Shown here: positions 43,665 to 53,076 of the stretch, piece after piece
Layout: every line of letters starts with the position of its first letter
Numbering within the stretch: the first letter of the stretch is position 1
From: an uncultured Actinomycetes bacterium
GTDB taxonomy: Bacteria; Actinomycetota; Thermoleophilia; Gaiellales; Gaiellaceae
Assembly (NCBI GenBank): GCA_963733845.1
Contig: CAVTEM010000007.1
Coordinates: forward strand, 420,763 to 484,762
Direction: 5' to 3'
DNA: 64,000 bases
Notes under the pieces: model-generated
Databases searched by the model: none
Seen by the model: only the letters and a program-made list of their open reading frames with translations
What the model was told of the DNA's origin: nothing
Made by a program: the position numbers and the translations under genes

Positions 43665-44601
43665 CGATCGGCTCCCGGCCCGGAGAGCTGAGACCGAGCG
43701 TCCGCTTCAGGCCTTCCTCGAGCTCGATCTCGGGCTGCCAGCCCAGCACCTGGCGAGCGCGGGTGATCTCGGGCTGGCGCTGCTGCGGATCGTCCTCGGG
43801 CAGCGCCTCGTAGACGATCTCGCTCGCGGAGCCCGTCACGCGCAGCACGGTCTCAGCGAGGTCCAGGATCGTGAACTCGGCCGGGTTGCCCAGGTTGACC
43901 GGGAGATGCTCGGAGCTGGTCGCAAGCAGGAAGAGCCCGCGCATCAGGTCGTCCACGTAGCAGAAGCTCCGCGTTTGCGAGCCGTCGCCGAACACGGTCA
44001 GCGGCTGGCTCGCCAGGGCCTGGCGGACGAACGTGGGGATGGCACGGCCGTCGTTCGGTCGCATCCTCGGCCCGTAGGTGTTGAAGATGCGGACGATCGC
44101 CGTGTCGATGCCCTGCTGCCGGTGGTAGGCCATCGTCAGCGCCTCGGCGTAGCGCTTCGCCTCGTCGTACACGCCGCGCGGCCCGATCGGGTTCACATTG
44201 CCCCAGTACGACTCCGGCTGCGGATGCACGAGCGGGTCGCCGTAGACCTCGCTCGTCGAGGCGAGCAGGAAGCGGGCGCGCTTGAACTTGGCCAACCCCA
44301 GCGCGTTGTGGGTGCCGTTCGACCCGGTCTTGAGCGAGTGCAGCGGCATGCGCATGTAGTCGACCGGGCTGGCGAGCGCCGCCAGGTGGAAGACGAAGTC
44401 CACCGGCTCGGCGATCTCGAGGTGCTCGACCACGTCGTGATTGACGAACACGAAGTCGTCGGTGCGGATGTGCTCGATGTTCGTCAGCGTGCTGACGACG
44501 AGGTTGTCCACCGCGATCACGCGGTGGCCCTGCCCGAGCAGGTATTCGCAGAGGTGGCTACCGAGAAAGCCGGTGCCGCCGGTGACGACTGAGGTCGGCA
44601 T
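43657..44601 (-). CDS. UDP-glucuronate decarboxylase (UXS-type SDR)
   Basis: [135 protein letters not shown]. It is in frame with, and not separated by a stop from, the HAD domain upstream (single ORF 43657..45336). Confidence 0.85.
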   Translation of the reverse strand: MPTSVVTGGTGFLGSHLCEYLLGQGHRVIAVDNLVVSTLTNIEHIRTDDFVFVNHDVVEHLEIAEPVDFVFHLAALASPVDYMRMPLHSLKTGSNGTHNALGLAKFKRARFLLASTSEVYGDPLVHPQPESYWGNVNPIGPRGVYDEAKRYAEALTMAYHRQQGIDTAIVRIFNTYGPRMRPNDGRAIPTFVRQALASQPLTVFGDGSQTRSFCYVDDLMRGLFLLATSSEHLPVNLGNPAEFTILDLAETVLRVTGSASEIVYEALPEDDPQQRQPEITRARQVLGWQPEIELEEGLKRTLGLSSPGREPIVA

Positions 44602-45336
44602 GGCGGCGGATACTAGCCGTCGCGATGTGTCGGCGCTGTTAAAGCCGAGCAGGGCCGGCACTTCGGCCAACTCGCGGGCCAGGTGCGCGCCCTCGGGGAG
44701 CTCTTCGCCCGGCCGCCGCTCGACCCAGACCGCAGCGGCGAGACCGGCGGCGAGGGCGCCCGCGACGTCGTTGACGACGTGGTCGCCGACCATCGCCACC
44801 TCGCCCGGCTCGAGGCCGAGCATCGCGACCGCCAGCGCGTACGCCTCGGGATCGGGCTTGCTGACGCCGATCTCCTCCGAGACCGCGACGGCATCAACCT
44901 CCGACTCGATCCCGATGCGCCGCAGCTTGCGCCGCTGGAGCTCGGACGGGCCGTTGGTGAGGATGCCGATCTTCAGGCCCCGCGCCCGCAGGCCGCGAAC
45001 GGTCTCGACGGCATCCGCGAAGAGCTCGATCAGGTCGACCGAGCGCACGCGGGCATCCGCGTAGGCGGCGTAGAGATCCTCGTCCAGCTCGCCCCACGGC
45101 TCGACGCCGTGACGAACGTAGTCGCGCCGGTAGGTGTCGTAGTCGATCTCGCCGCGCAGGAGCAGCTCGTAGTGGCCGTCGGCGAACTCGTACGAGCGCG
45201 ACTCGAACTCGTCGGGGTCGAAGCCCGGGTAGCGGGTCGCGAACCGCGCCGCGACCTCGGGCCAAAGCTGCCTCCAGCCGACGTCGTTGTCGACGAGCGT
45301 GAAGTCGAGGTCGAAGAGGATCCCGCGGATCGCCAC
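44602..45336 (-). CDS. HAD-superfamily hydrolase (phosphatase-like) domain, reads through in frame into UXS
   Basis: [17 protein letters not shown] carries the DxDxT motif [17 protein letters not shown] is motif II-like. [41 protein letters not shown] carries the K and GD..ND motifs III/IV. It is followed by the lower-GC linker [13 protein letters not shown] and then the UXS ATG at 44601. Confidence 0.7.
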
Positions 45337-45429
45337 AGCGCCATGACCCTAGCGGCCTTCGTCGCGGTTAGGCCGGGAGCCTGGACAGGACCCCGCCGAG
45401 CGGCCGCTAAGGGTTCGCGGGCGCGGCGA

Positions 45430-46229
45430 GCCGCCGACTGCGGGCGCTGCGGCCGCGGGACGCGGCGTCCGCTCGCTCGGCGCCCGGCGCCGGTCGTGAG
45501 GCGGCGCGTGGCGCGGAGCGCGAAGACCGTCTCCGGTCGCGAGACCCTGTCGTGCGCGGCCGAGCCCGTGCACGATCTGCTCGCCGACCGGCTCGCGGCC
45601 GCGGTAGTCGAGAGCGCCTGCCCGTTCTCCTCGCGCTCGTGGTTGACGCGGAGCGTCGGGTCGCCGATCACCGTCCGAAGGTGGTTCTCTCGGCCTCGTC
45701 CCCGGCGGCGTGCGCGCGGTCGTACTCGCCGTCGATGTTGTACCGATCCGCGCGCTCGTACTGACCCGGAAGCCCTCGGTGGGCAGTGGCTCGGTTCATC
45801 TCGAGGCTGAGCTCGTCCGACCCCAGCATGTCGTCGACGTCGACGTACGCCTCCTGCGGCTGTCGATCAGGAGCGCCCCGCCGCCCACGAGCCCGTGCCG
45901 CGTGATCAGGCGCATCGGCACGACCTCCGCCCGGTCGATGAGCTCATCATCTCCCGATCGAAGTTGTTGATCGCGGCGGCGTCCCTGATCTCGTAGCGCA
46001 GGATCGCGCGTCGCGCATCCGGCTCGCGGAGCCAGTAGACCAGGCCCGGTGACTGGCGGTTCAGGCGGGCGACGATCTCCTCTCGCCGGTCGTACGCGTC
46101 GCTTCGCCACGGCCGGGAGGCCGCAGCTGTACCTCGCGCTGGATCATCGCCGCCGTCGCGCGGTTACCCGCCGAGCGCTGGAGCGCGAGGACCACCGCCG
46201 CAGGAGCCGCACGGGTTCCCGGCGGGCAT
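45430..46229 (-). CDS. Hypothetical protein with N-terminal LQRxxGNxA motif (heavily frame-disrupted; boundaries approximate)
   Basis: The ATG is at about 46229. The readable pieces are AAPAAVVLALQRSAGNRATAAMIQREVQL, DAYDRREEIVARLNRQSPGLVYWLREPDARRAILRYEIRDAAAINNFDREM, DELIDRAEVVPMRLITRHGLVGGGALLIDS, QEAYVDVDDMLGSDELSLEMN and NHLRTVIGDPTLRVNHEREENGQAL. They lie in successive different minus frames. Confidence 0.35.
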
Positions 46230-46418
46230 GCGGCTCGTCTCCGCTCGGACGGGCTCAGGCGACCGCGTCGCCTCGGAGGCGTGCTCGGCCATCCCCGCGA
46301 TCCTGTCACCTGTGCGCCGCGATCAAGCCTCCCGCTGCCCCCGTTTGATTCGCCGCCTCGGCGGGGATTTTGCGCGTGCCGCCTCGCGCCGTGCGGGGCG
46401 CCGAACCAAGGGGGGAAC

Positions 46419-47231
46419 ATGAACAGGATGCTTCGCCGCGGCAGCCTCGCCGTGCTTTGCGTGGCCGCCGGCGTACTGCTCGCGTCGGTCGCAGGCCTGG
46501 GGACGAGCCAGGCGGCTCCCCAGGCGCCGCCGGTCAACACCGCGCTACCTTCGATCACCGGGACGCCACAGCAGAGCCAGACGCTGACCGCGCAGAACGG
46601 CACGTGGACCGGCACGGGGACGATCTCGTTCCGATACCAGTGGCTGCGCTGCAACGCCGCCGGCAACGGCTGCAACGAGATCTCCGGAGCGATCGAGCGG
46701 ATCTACACGCTGCGCAGTCCCGACGTCGGCAATACGATTCGCGTCCGCGTGACGGCGACGAACCCGGACGGCTCGACGTCGGCGACGTCCGCGCCGACCG
46801 CCGTCGTCACCCGGAGCGGGCCGTCTCCGACGGGCTGCCCGTCCGGAACGGGTCCGATCAACATCGGCCAGCTCGCTCCCCCAGCGCGGCTGACGGTCGA
46901 CGGCCAGAGCCTGGCGCCCACGCCGGTCAGGCGCTCGACACAGGCGCTCACGGTCCGCTTCCACGTCTCGGCGTGCGGCGGTCGTGCGGTCCAGGGAGCG
47001 CTCGTCTATGTCACGGCGACGCCGTACAACCAGTTCGGCATCCCGCCTGAGCAGGCGACCGGGGCCGACGGCTGGGCACAGCTCTCGATGAGCCGGCTGC
47101 GCGGCTTCCCCGCCACACCTCGCCAGCAGCTCCTCGTGATCTTCGTCCGCGCGCGCAAGCAGGGCGAGAACCTGCTCGGCGGTGTCTCGACGAGGCGACT
47201 CGTGTCGTTCCCCGTCAACCTCCGCGCGTAG
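46419..47231 (+). CDS. Secreted protein with Ig-like repeat domain
   Basis: AAGGGGGG precedes the ATG at 46419. The signal peptide is MNRMLRRGSLAVLCVAAGVLLASVAGLGTSQAAPQA. The repeat module reads PSITGTPQQSQTLTAQNGTWTGTGTISFRYQWLRCNAAGNGCNEISGAIERIYTLRSPDVGNTIRVRVTATNPDGSTSATS. Intact. Confidence 0.75.
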   Translation: MNRMLRRGSLAVLCVAAGVLLASVAGLGTSQAAPQAPPVNTALPSITGTPQQSQTLTAQNGTWTGTGTISFRYQWLRCNAAGNGCNEISGAIERIYTLRSPDVGNTIRVRVTATNPDGSTSATSAPTAVVTRSGPSPTGCPSGTGPINIGQLAPPARLTVDGQSLAPTPVRRSTQALTVRFHVSACGGRAVQGALVYVTATPYNQFGIPPEQATGADGWAQLSMSRLRGFPATPRQQLLVIFVRARKQGENLLGGVSTRRLVSFPVNLRA

Positions 47232-47242
47232 CGCGGAGGCTC

Positions 47243-47272
47243 GGGCGGAGGGCGTCGCGACGCCCTCCGCCC
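47243..47272. terminator. Bidirectional stem-loop between convergent genes
   Basis: GGGCGGAGGGCGTC-gc-GACGCCCTCCGCCC is a perfect 14-bp inverted repeat. It lies in the 43-nt gap between the stop at 47231 (+) and the stop at 47275 (-). There is no clear U-tract, which is common in high-GC genomes. Confidence 0.55.
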
Positions 47273-47274
47273 TC

Positions 47275-48216
47275 TCAGCGCAGGTCGCGGTTCGACTCCA
47301 TGTCGAACCACATCGCGAAGAGCGTGAACTGCGTTCCCGAGATCAGCAGCAGCGCGACCAGGACGATCGTCCCCACGGGGAGCTCGTTGCCCATCAAGCG
47401 CAGCACGGTCTCGACGATGCCGAGCACCAGGCCGGCGAGCGTCATCAGCAGCCCGAGCACGTAGAAGAACACGAGCGGGTGGAAGTCGCGGATCACGTAC
47501 TTCTCGCGCAGCCGCCACAGGAAGCCCTTCAGCAGGAGCCACGAGATCCGCGGCACGACCGAGCGGTACCGGATTCCCGAGCGCTCGCCGACGCCGTAGA
47601 TCGGGCGCGAGGGGAAGTCCCGCACGCGCGCGTTGACGACGTTCAGGTGGACGAGCATGTCGTTGGGGAAGCCGTAGCGGCGGTAGAGGCGGTCGAGGTC
47701 GAGTAGCGCGAGCGTGTCCCGGCCGACGGCCGTGTAGCCGGACTGCGAGTCGGCGACGTGCCAGTAGCCGGACGCGATCTTCGTCAGCATCGAGAGCACC
47801 GCGTTGCCGAGGTAGCGCGTGCGCGGGATCAGCTCCCAGGCCTGCCCGGTGAAGAGGCGGTTCGCCTTGGCGTAGTCGACCTCGTTGCGCGCCACGGCGC
47901 CGGCGAGCGTCTCGAGGTCTGCGGGGTCCATCTGGTTGTCGGCTGCCATCACCGCCGTCACGTCCACCCCGTCCTCGAGCGCGCGCTTGTAGCCGCTGAC
48001 GATCGCGGCACCCACGCCGCCGCTGCGCTCGTGGCGGATCACAGAAACGCGCTCGTCGCCGGTGCCCTCGGCGGCGGCGGCCGTCCCGTCCTTCGAGCCG
48101 TCGTCGACGACGTAGATGCGGTCGACGAACCCGGGGATGCCCGCCAGCGTCTCCGGGAGCAGGGTCTCCTCGTCGCGCGCGGGCACGACGACCGCGACCT
48201 GCTTCCCGTCGAGCAT
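47275..48216 (-). CDS. GT2 polyprenyl-phosphate sugar synthase-like glycosyltransferase (GtrB/DPM1-like)
   Basis: GAGGAGG precedes the ATG at 48216. The gene reads MLDGKQVAVVVPARDEETLLPETL..IYVVDDGSKDGT..VTAVMAADNQMDPADL, then has C-terminal TM helices (LVFFYVLGLLMTLAGLVLGIV; IVLVALLLISGTQFTLFAMWF). Intact. Confidence 0.85.
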   Translation of the reverse strand: MLDGKQVAVVVPARDEETLLPETLAGIPGFVDRIYVVDDGSKDGTAAAAEGTGDERVSVIRHERSGGVGAAIVSGYKRALEDGVDVTAVMAADNQMDPADLETLAGAVARNEVDYAKANRLFTGQAWELIPRTRYLGNAVLSMLTKIASGYWHVADSQSGYTAVGRDTLALLDLDRLYRRYGFPNDMLVHLNVVNARVRDFPSRPIYGVGERSGIRYRSVVPRISWLLLKGFLWRLREKYVIRDFHPLVFFYVLGLLMTLAGLVLGIVETVLRLMGNELPVGTIVLVALLLISGTQFTLFAMWFDMESNRDLR

Positions 48217-48386
48217 TAGTGCCTCCTCAGGTGATGCTGCCCCGCTTCTGGGTCGCGAGCACCAAGCCAGGGGCCGCACTCGCCCGCGTCAAAGGCTCTC
48301 TGCAGCCTTTGCAAGGGCGAGGGTGGTTCCTGGCGCAGCGTGATCGCGGGCCAGAAGCCGGCGTGTATCGCCTGAGGGGGCACTTA

Positions 48387-49310
48387 CTAGGTCTCGCGGC
48401 GGCGCGCCACGGCAGGCCACGCCACCGCGGCGATCGCGCCGAGGAGCAGCCCGATGATCCCGCCCACGGCCGCGGAGTTCTGCGTCGACCGCGCGGTGGT
48501 CTTCGTCGCCACCGCCGGGTCGACGATGCGCGCCCGCTCGACGTTCTCGGCCAGCGAGAGCAGGCCCTCGGCCTCGGAAAGGTCCTGCTGGATCACGCTG
48601 CGCCGGTTCTCGCTGATCGCGATCGAGGAGTTGAAGTTGGTGATCAGCGTGAGCTGCTCGAGCGCCGAGAGGCTCCGGTCCCTGACGACGCGGTCGAGCT
48701 GGGTGCGGGTGAGGTTGACCTGCTGGTCGAGCCTCTCGAGGTCGGCGTTGTCCCGCTCGATCTGGCGCTTCAGGCGGTTGATCTTCTGCTCCGGATAGGC
48801 CGAGACGGCGGCGACGATCGAGGTCGAGATCGAATCCGCCGCGCGCTGGACGGGACCGGCGCGGTCGCCCTTGACCGAGAGCTCCACGAGTGGGTTCTGA
48901 CCCGGTGTGAGCCGCGCCCTGCCGGTCGGCGAGACGGCCGCGGTGGAGACGTTGCCGCGCAGCTGCCCGAGCGGGATCCCACTCGCACGGGAAGCCCTGC
49001 GCAGCGTGGCCTCGGCGCGCGCGACCTGGCCGACGATCGTCGGATTCGTGCTCAGGCTGGGCACGGAGACGTTCCCGGTCGGCGAGAACGGCTGGCCGAG
49101 GTAGAGGGTGCTCTCCGCCTTGTAGACGTCCCCTCCGCCGACGGCGGCGATGTAGCCGAGCGCGGCGCCGAGGACGAGCCCGGCGAGGGGCAGCCACCAG
49201 CGCAACTGGAGCGCACGCCAGTAGCGCCCGACGTCGACTTCCTGCTCGGCGTCGAGGTCCGGCACGCTGCTCTTTTCGGGGCGCATTCTTGGCTTGCTGC
49301 GGACGCTCAC
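48387..49310 (-). CDS. Wzz-like polysaccharide co-polymerase (chain-length determinant), no kinase domain
   Basis: Intact 307 aa. TM1 is WWLPLAGLVLGAALGYIAAV. A long extracytoplasmic region with a coiled coil follows (QKINRLKRQIERDNADLERLDQQVNLTRTQLDRVV). TM2 is AVGGIIGLLLGAIAAVAWPAV. There are no Walker motifs. Confidence 0.7.
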   Translation of the reverse strand: MSVRSKPRMRPEKSSVPDLDAEQEVDVGRYWRALQLRWWLPLAGLVLGAALGYIAAVGGGDVYKAESTLYLGQPFSPTGNVSVPSLSTNPTIVGQVARAEATLRRASRASGIPLGQLRGNVSTAAVSPTGRARLTPGQNPLVELSVKGDRAGPVQRAADSISTSIVAAVSAYPEQKINRLKRQIERDNADLERLDQQVNLTRTQLDRVVRDRSLSALEQLTLITNFNSSIAISENRRSVIQQDLSEAEGLLSLAENVERARIVDPAVATKTTARSTQNSAAVGGIIGLLLGAIAAVAWPAVARRRET

Positions 49311-49422
49311 GAGCGCCCGACTCTACCTAGGAGGGCTTGGCGCAATATACGCTGTGCCGCCAGGCCGCGCTGCTCGCCCCCTGACGACGAGCGATATTCC
49401 GCCAAACCCTCCCGGCCGGCCG

Positions 49423-50668
49423 TCAGCGTTCACGCAGCGCATACAGCCGGGCGTGCCCGACGAGGTAGACGCGCTCGGCGTCGGCGACCACCGGCGAGTA
49501 CTTGCCGTCGGGCCAGATCCACACCTGCCGGCCGGTGCGCGCGTCGAGGCCGTACGTCCGGCCCTTCAGCGTGGCGAAGTAGACGATCCCGTCGATCACG
49601 GTCGCAGAGCCCGAGATCGGCCCGTTGGCCTTGAACTGCCAGACCACGTCCCCTGTGGCCGCGTCGAAGGCGTAGAAGCGCCCGTTGTAGGAGCCGACGT
49701 ACACGCGCTCGCGGTACACCGCCGGCGAGCCGTACACGAAGTCGCCGGTGTTCTGCGACCAGCGCAGCTTTCCCGTGGAGGCGCCGAAGGAGTAGACCTT
49801 CCCGTCGGTCCCGCCGATGTAGACGCGGCCGTACGCGACGGCCGGCGTCGAGTAGAAGCGCCCGCGCTGGCCGAGACGCTGCTGGGCCGAAGCGCGCCAG
49901 ATCAGCTTGCCCGTGAGCGGGTTCAGGGCGTAGACCCGGTGGTCGTAGGAGCCGAAGTAGAGCCGGTTGGAGGCGAGCGCGAGCGCTCCCTTGATCTCGC
50001 CCCGACTCCGGAAGGTCCACTTGAGCTCGCCGGTGCGAGCGACGTAGCAATAGACGATCCCGCGCCAGTCGCCGACGAACAGCAGGCCGCGCCAGAGCAA
50101 CGGCGAGGACTCGCTCGGCCCGATCTCCTTGCGCCAGCGCACCTTGCCGTTGCCGGCCGCGAGCGCGACCAGCTCGCCGGTCAGCTGCTTGCCCGAGCGG
50201 TTGCACGGCGGCCGGTTCAGGAACGTCATGAAGACCGTGCCGCCGCGGATCCCCGGCGAGGCGGCCACGCAGCGGCGGGCGCGGTAGCGCCAGGCCCGCT
50301 TGCCGGTGCGAGCGTTGACGGCGAACAGCGTCCCGGCCGAGTTCGCGAAGTACAGGCGGCCGTGCCCGACCGCCGGCGGGAACTCGAGCAGCGTGCGAGC
50401 GCGGAAGCGCCAGATGCCCCGATAGGGCGGGCGGTGGTCGAAGGGCGAGATCCGCAGGCGCCGCTCGTCGTAGCCGAACATCGGCCAGGGGATGTCGGGT
50501 GACCCGCACAATGGGCTCCGGCTCGGCGACGTCGGTCGTGACGAACTCCACGGTCGAGGAGCCACGGACGTCGCGGCTCTGGCGCTCGCGGATCAGCGCG
50601 TAGGCGAGGATGGCCCCGCCCGCCAGCAGGAGCGCGGCGGCGAGCGCCGCGAGGGCTTTTTTCTTCAC
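49423..50668 (-). CDS. Membrane-anchored PQQ-like (BamB-like) beta-propeller repeat protein (one frame switch)
   Basis: The GTG at 50668 opens (M)KKKALAALAAALLLAGGAILAYAL, a TM anchor in ORF 49430..50668. There is a switch near 50510 into ORF 49423..50565. That ORF has repeated blades: LFAVNARTGKRAWRY, LVALAAGNGKVRWRK, VYCYVARTGELKWTF, VYALNPLTGKLIWRA, VYSFGASTGKLRWSQ, FYAFDAATGDVVWQF and TYGLDARTGRQVWIW. Confidence 0.8.
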
Positions 50669-52075
50669 CGCCGCGGCTTGACCGCGTACAAGCGCGAGTA
50701 GCCGTGCAGGAGCAGCCGCGAGCCGTTCCCCGAGACCGGGACGTACTCGCCGTGCGGGAAGCGGAACAGCACGCGCCCGCTGCGGGCGTCGGCGCCGACC
50801 ATGCTCCCGCGGGTGGAGGCGGCGTAGGCGACCTTGTCGACGACGACCGCGGCGCCCGAGACCGGCCCGCCGGCGCCGACCGACCAGAGCACGCGACCGC
50901 TACGGGCGTTCACCCCGTACAGGCGACCGTTGTAGGAGCCGAAGAAGACCCGCCCGCCCCAGGCGGCGGGCGACGAGTAGACGTAGGAGCCCGTGCGCAG
51001 GCGCCAGAGGTAGCGCCCGCCCGTGGAGAAGGCGGTCAGCGAGCCGCCCGTCGACGAGGGGACGAAGACGCGGCCGGACGCGAGCGCGGGCGTGCCGTAG
51101 ATGCGGCCGCCGACCGGCCGGGCCCACGAGAGCCGCCCGGTGCGCAATGCGAGCGAGCGCACGTAGCCGCCGTAGTCGCCGATGTAGAGCCGCTTGCCGG
51201 CGATCGCGGCGCTGGACGTGATCTTGAAGCCCGCGCGGTGCGTCCAGCGCATGCGCCGCCGCTCGACGTCGAGTGCGTAGACGGTGCCGTTCCAGGCGCC
51301 GAAGTAGTCGACCCCGTTCTTCACGATCGGCGAGGACTCGATCGGCGAGCCCACCCTGTAGCGCCAGAGCACCTTGCCGTTCGCGCGATCGAGCGCCCAG
51401 ACGTTCCCGCGCATCCCGTGCACGATTACCCGATCGCCGACCACGGCGGGCGAGGCTGCCATCACGGAGTCGGTCCGGCGCCGCCAGACGACGTGGCCGC
51501 CGCGCATCTCGATCGCCCAGACGTAGCCGCGCTGGTTCGTGACGTAGGCGATCCCCTCGGAGACGACCGCGGGGAACTCGACCAGCGACCCGACCCCGCG
51601 GCTCCAGACGACCTTGAACGGCGGCCGCATGCGGATCCGCGGGTGCGCCTGTGTGCGCTGCGGCGTGACGCCGTACATCGGCCACTGCAGCGCCCTCCGG
51701 TAGATACGGACGGTGTTCTGGCGCCGGCGCTGGAAGGGGACGCGCACGGTGCGGCTGAGGTAGCCGGGCGCGGCGACTCTCACCTGCAGCGGCGCCAGGC
51801 GCCTGATCCGCAGCGTGGACAGGCCCTTCCGGTTGGCGCGGTCGCGCACCCGGCCGACGCGCGCGACGGCGGTCTTGATGCGCCTGCCGGTGTCGCCGTC
51901 GACCGCGACGACGTAGACCTTGACGCGCTTCGCGGCCTTGCGGACAGGCGGCTTGGCGACCGTCGTCGTCTCGGTCTTGCGCCGCCTGCTCGTCGGACTC
52001 GAGTCGGCTGAGTCCGGCGGCGCAGCCTGCGACGAGGCCCACGAGGGCCAGGAAGATGGCGGCCCTGAGGATCAG
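50665..52075 (-). CDS. PQQ-like beta-propeller lipoprotein (CTG start inferred; one frame switch)
   Basis: The CTG at 52075 forms a CTGA overlap with the ATP-grasp stop. It opens (L)ILRAAIFLALVGLVAGCAAG, a signal peptide plus LVAGC lipobox. There is a switch near 51975. ORF 50665..51849 then has blades VWAIEMRGGHVVWRR, VWALDRANGKVLWRY, VYALDVERRRMRWTH, VRSLALRTGRLSWAR, LTAFSTGGRYLWRL, LYGVNARSGRVLWSV and MVGADARSGRVLFRF. GTGA overlap with the next gene. Confidence 0.75.
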
Positions 52076-53076
52076 ACTTCCCCGGGCTCGCTGGCGATCG
52101 GCTCTGGGACCTCCTCGGCGAACGGTTCGAGCGTACCCGCGTCCCCGGCGGTCAACGAGAGATGCGAGAAGAAGCGGGTCATCACGACCCCGTCGCGGAA
52201 GTCGCCCAGCCGCGGCTCGGGCTGGCCGCCGTTCGCGAGCTCGAGCGCGAGCTCGGGGTAGCGCCCGCCCGCTGCGTGGGGGAGCGGGAAGCCGCCGCCG
52301 AAGCGCGGGTTGACGTCGGTGACCTGGTGCGTCCCGTCCGCCTCGCGGAAGCACTGCACGTTGGCCGGCCCCCAGATCGGCAGAGCCTCGGCCACCTCGC
52401 GGCCGTACTCGATCAGGTCCCAGTCCTTGATCGTCATGCCCTTGATCGACTCGCCGCCCTTGGACTCGACCATCGTGCGCGGGATCGCGTTCAGGCAGCG
52501 GCCCTCGAAGTCGCAGAAGACGTCGATCGAGAACTCGGCGCCGGCGCAGCACCTCTGCACGAAGGAGGGGGTGGTCACGCGCCGGACGTAGAAGTCGAGC
52601 TCCTCGCGGTCGTTCGCGCGAAAGATGTTGCGCGAGCCGAAGCCGCGCCGCGCCTTGACGAGCAGCGGGAAGGCGGCGTCCTCGGGAACCTCCTCGGGCA
52701 GCCAGCTCGGCGGCGACGGGATCCCTCGCGACTCGAAGAACGTGTGCGCGAGGTACTTGTCCGCGGTCATGCGCACGACGTCGAGCCCCGGCAGCAGCAC
52801 GGTCGTGCCGAGGTCGTCGCGCGCGCCGACGAGCTGCTCGTGGTCGAGGTCGGTCAGCGGCACGATCAGGCGCACGTCGTGCGCGAGGACGAGGTCGCGG
52901 ATCGCATCGAGGTAGCCCTCGTCGTCGACGCGCGGGACCAGGGCATAGCTGTCCGCGTGGTAGAGCGCCGGCGCGAGCGGGTTGACGTCGGCCGCGATCG
53001 TCGTCGCGCCGGCGCGCCCGAAGGCGGTCACGATGTCGACGCGCTGGCCGGCGCACGTGAAGAGGACGGGGGTCAC
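52072..53076 (-). CDS. ATP-grasp domain ligase
   Basis: Intact 334 aa. It reads FPLLVKARRGFGSRNIFRANDREELDFY..AEFSIDVFCDFEGRCLNAIPRTMVESKGGESIKGMT..ANVQCFREADGTHQVTDVNPRFGGGFPL. Confidence 0.8.
   Translation of the reverse strand: MTPVLFTCAGQRVDIVTAFGRAGATTIAADVNPLAPALYHADSYALVPRVDDEGYLDAIRDLVLAHDVRLIVPLTDLDHEQLVGARDDLGTTVLLPGLDVVRMTADKYLAHTFFESRGIPSPPSWLPEEVPEDAAFPLLVKARRGFGSRNIFRANDREELDFYVRRVTTPSFVQRCCAGAEFSIDVFCDFEGRCLNAIPRTMVESKGGESIKGMTIKDWDLIEYGREVAEALPIWGPANVQCFREADGTHQVTDVNPRFGGGFPLPHAAGGRYPELALELANGGQPEPRLGDFRDGVVMTRFFSHLSLTAGDAGTLEPFAEEVPEPIASEPGEV

Noticed and set aside
45430-46229. An extracellular contractile injection system or toxin locus, suggested by the LQRxxGNxA motif
   Set aside because: Only the short N-terminal motif is present. 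There are no sheath, tube, baseplate, AAA+ or PAAR-like genes anywhere in the window, and the gene itself is fragmentary.
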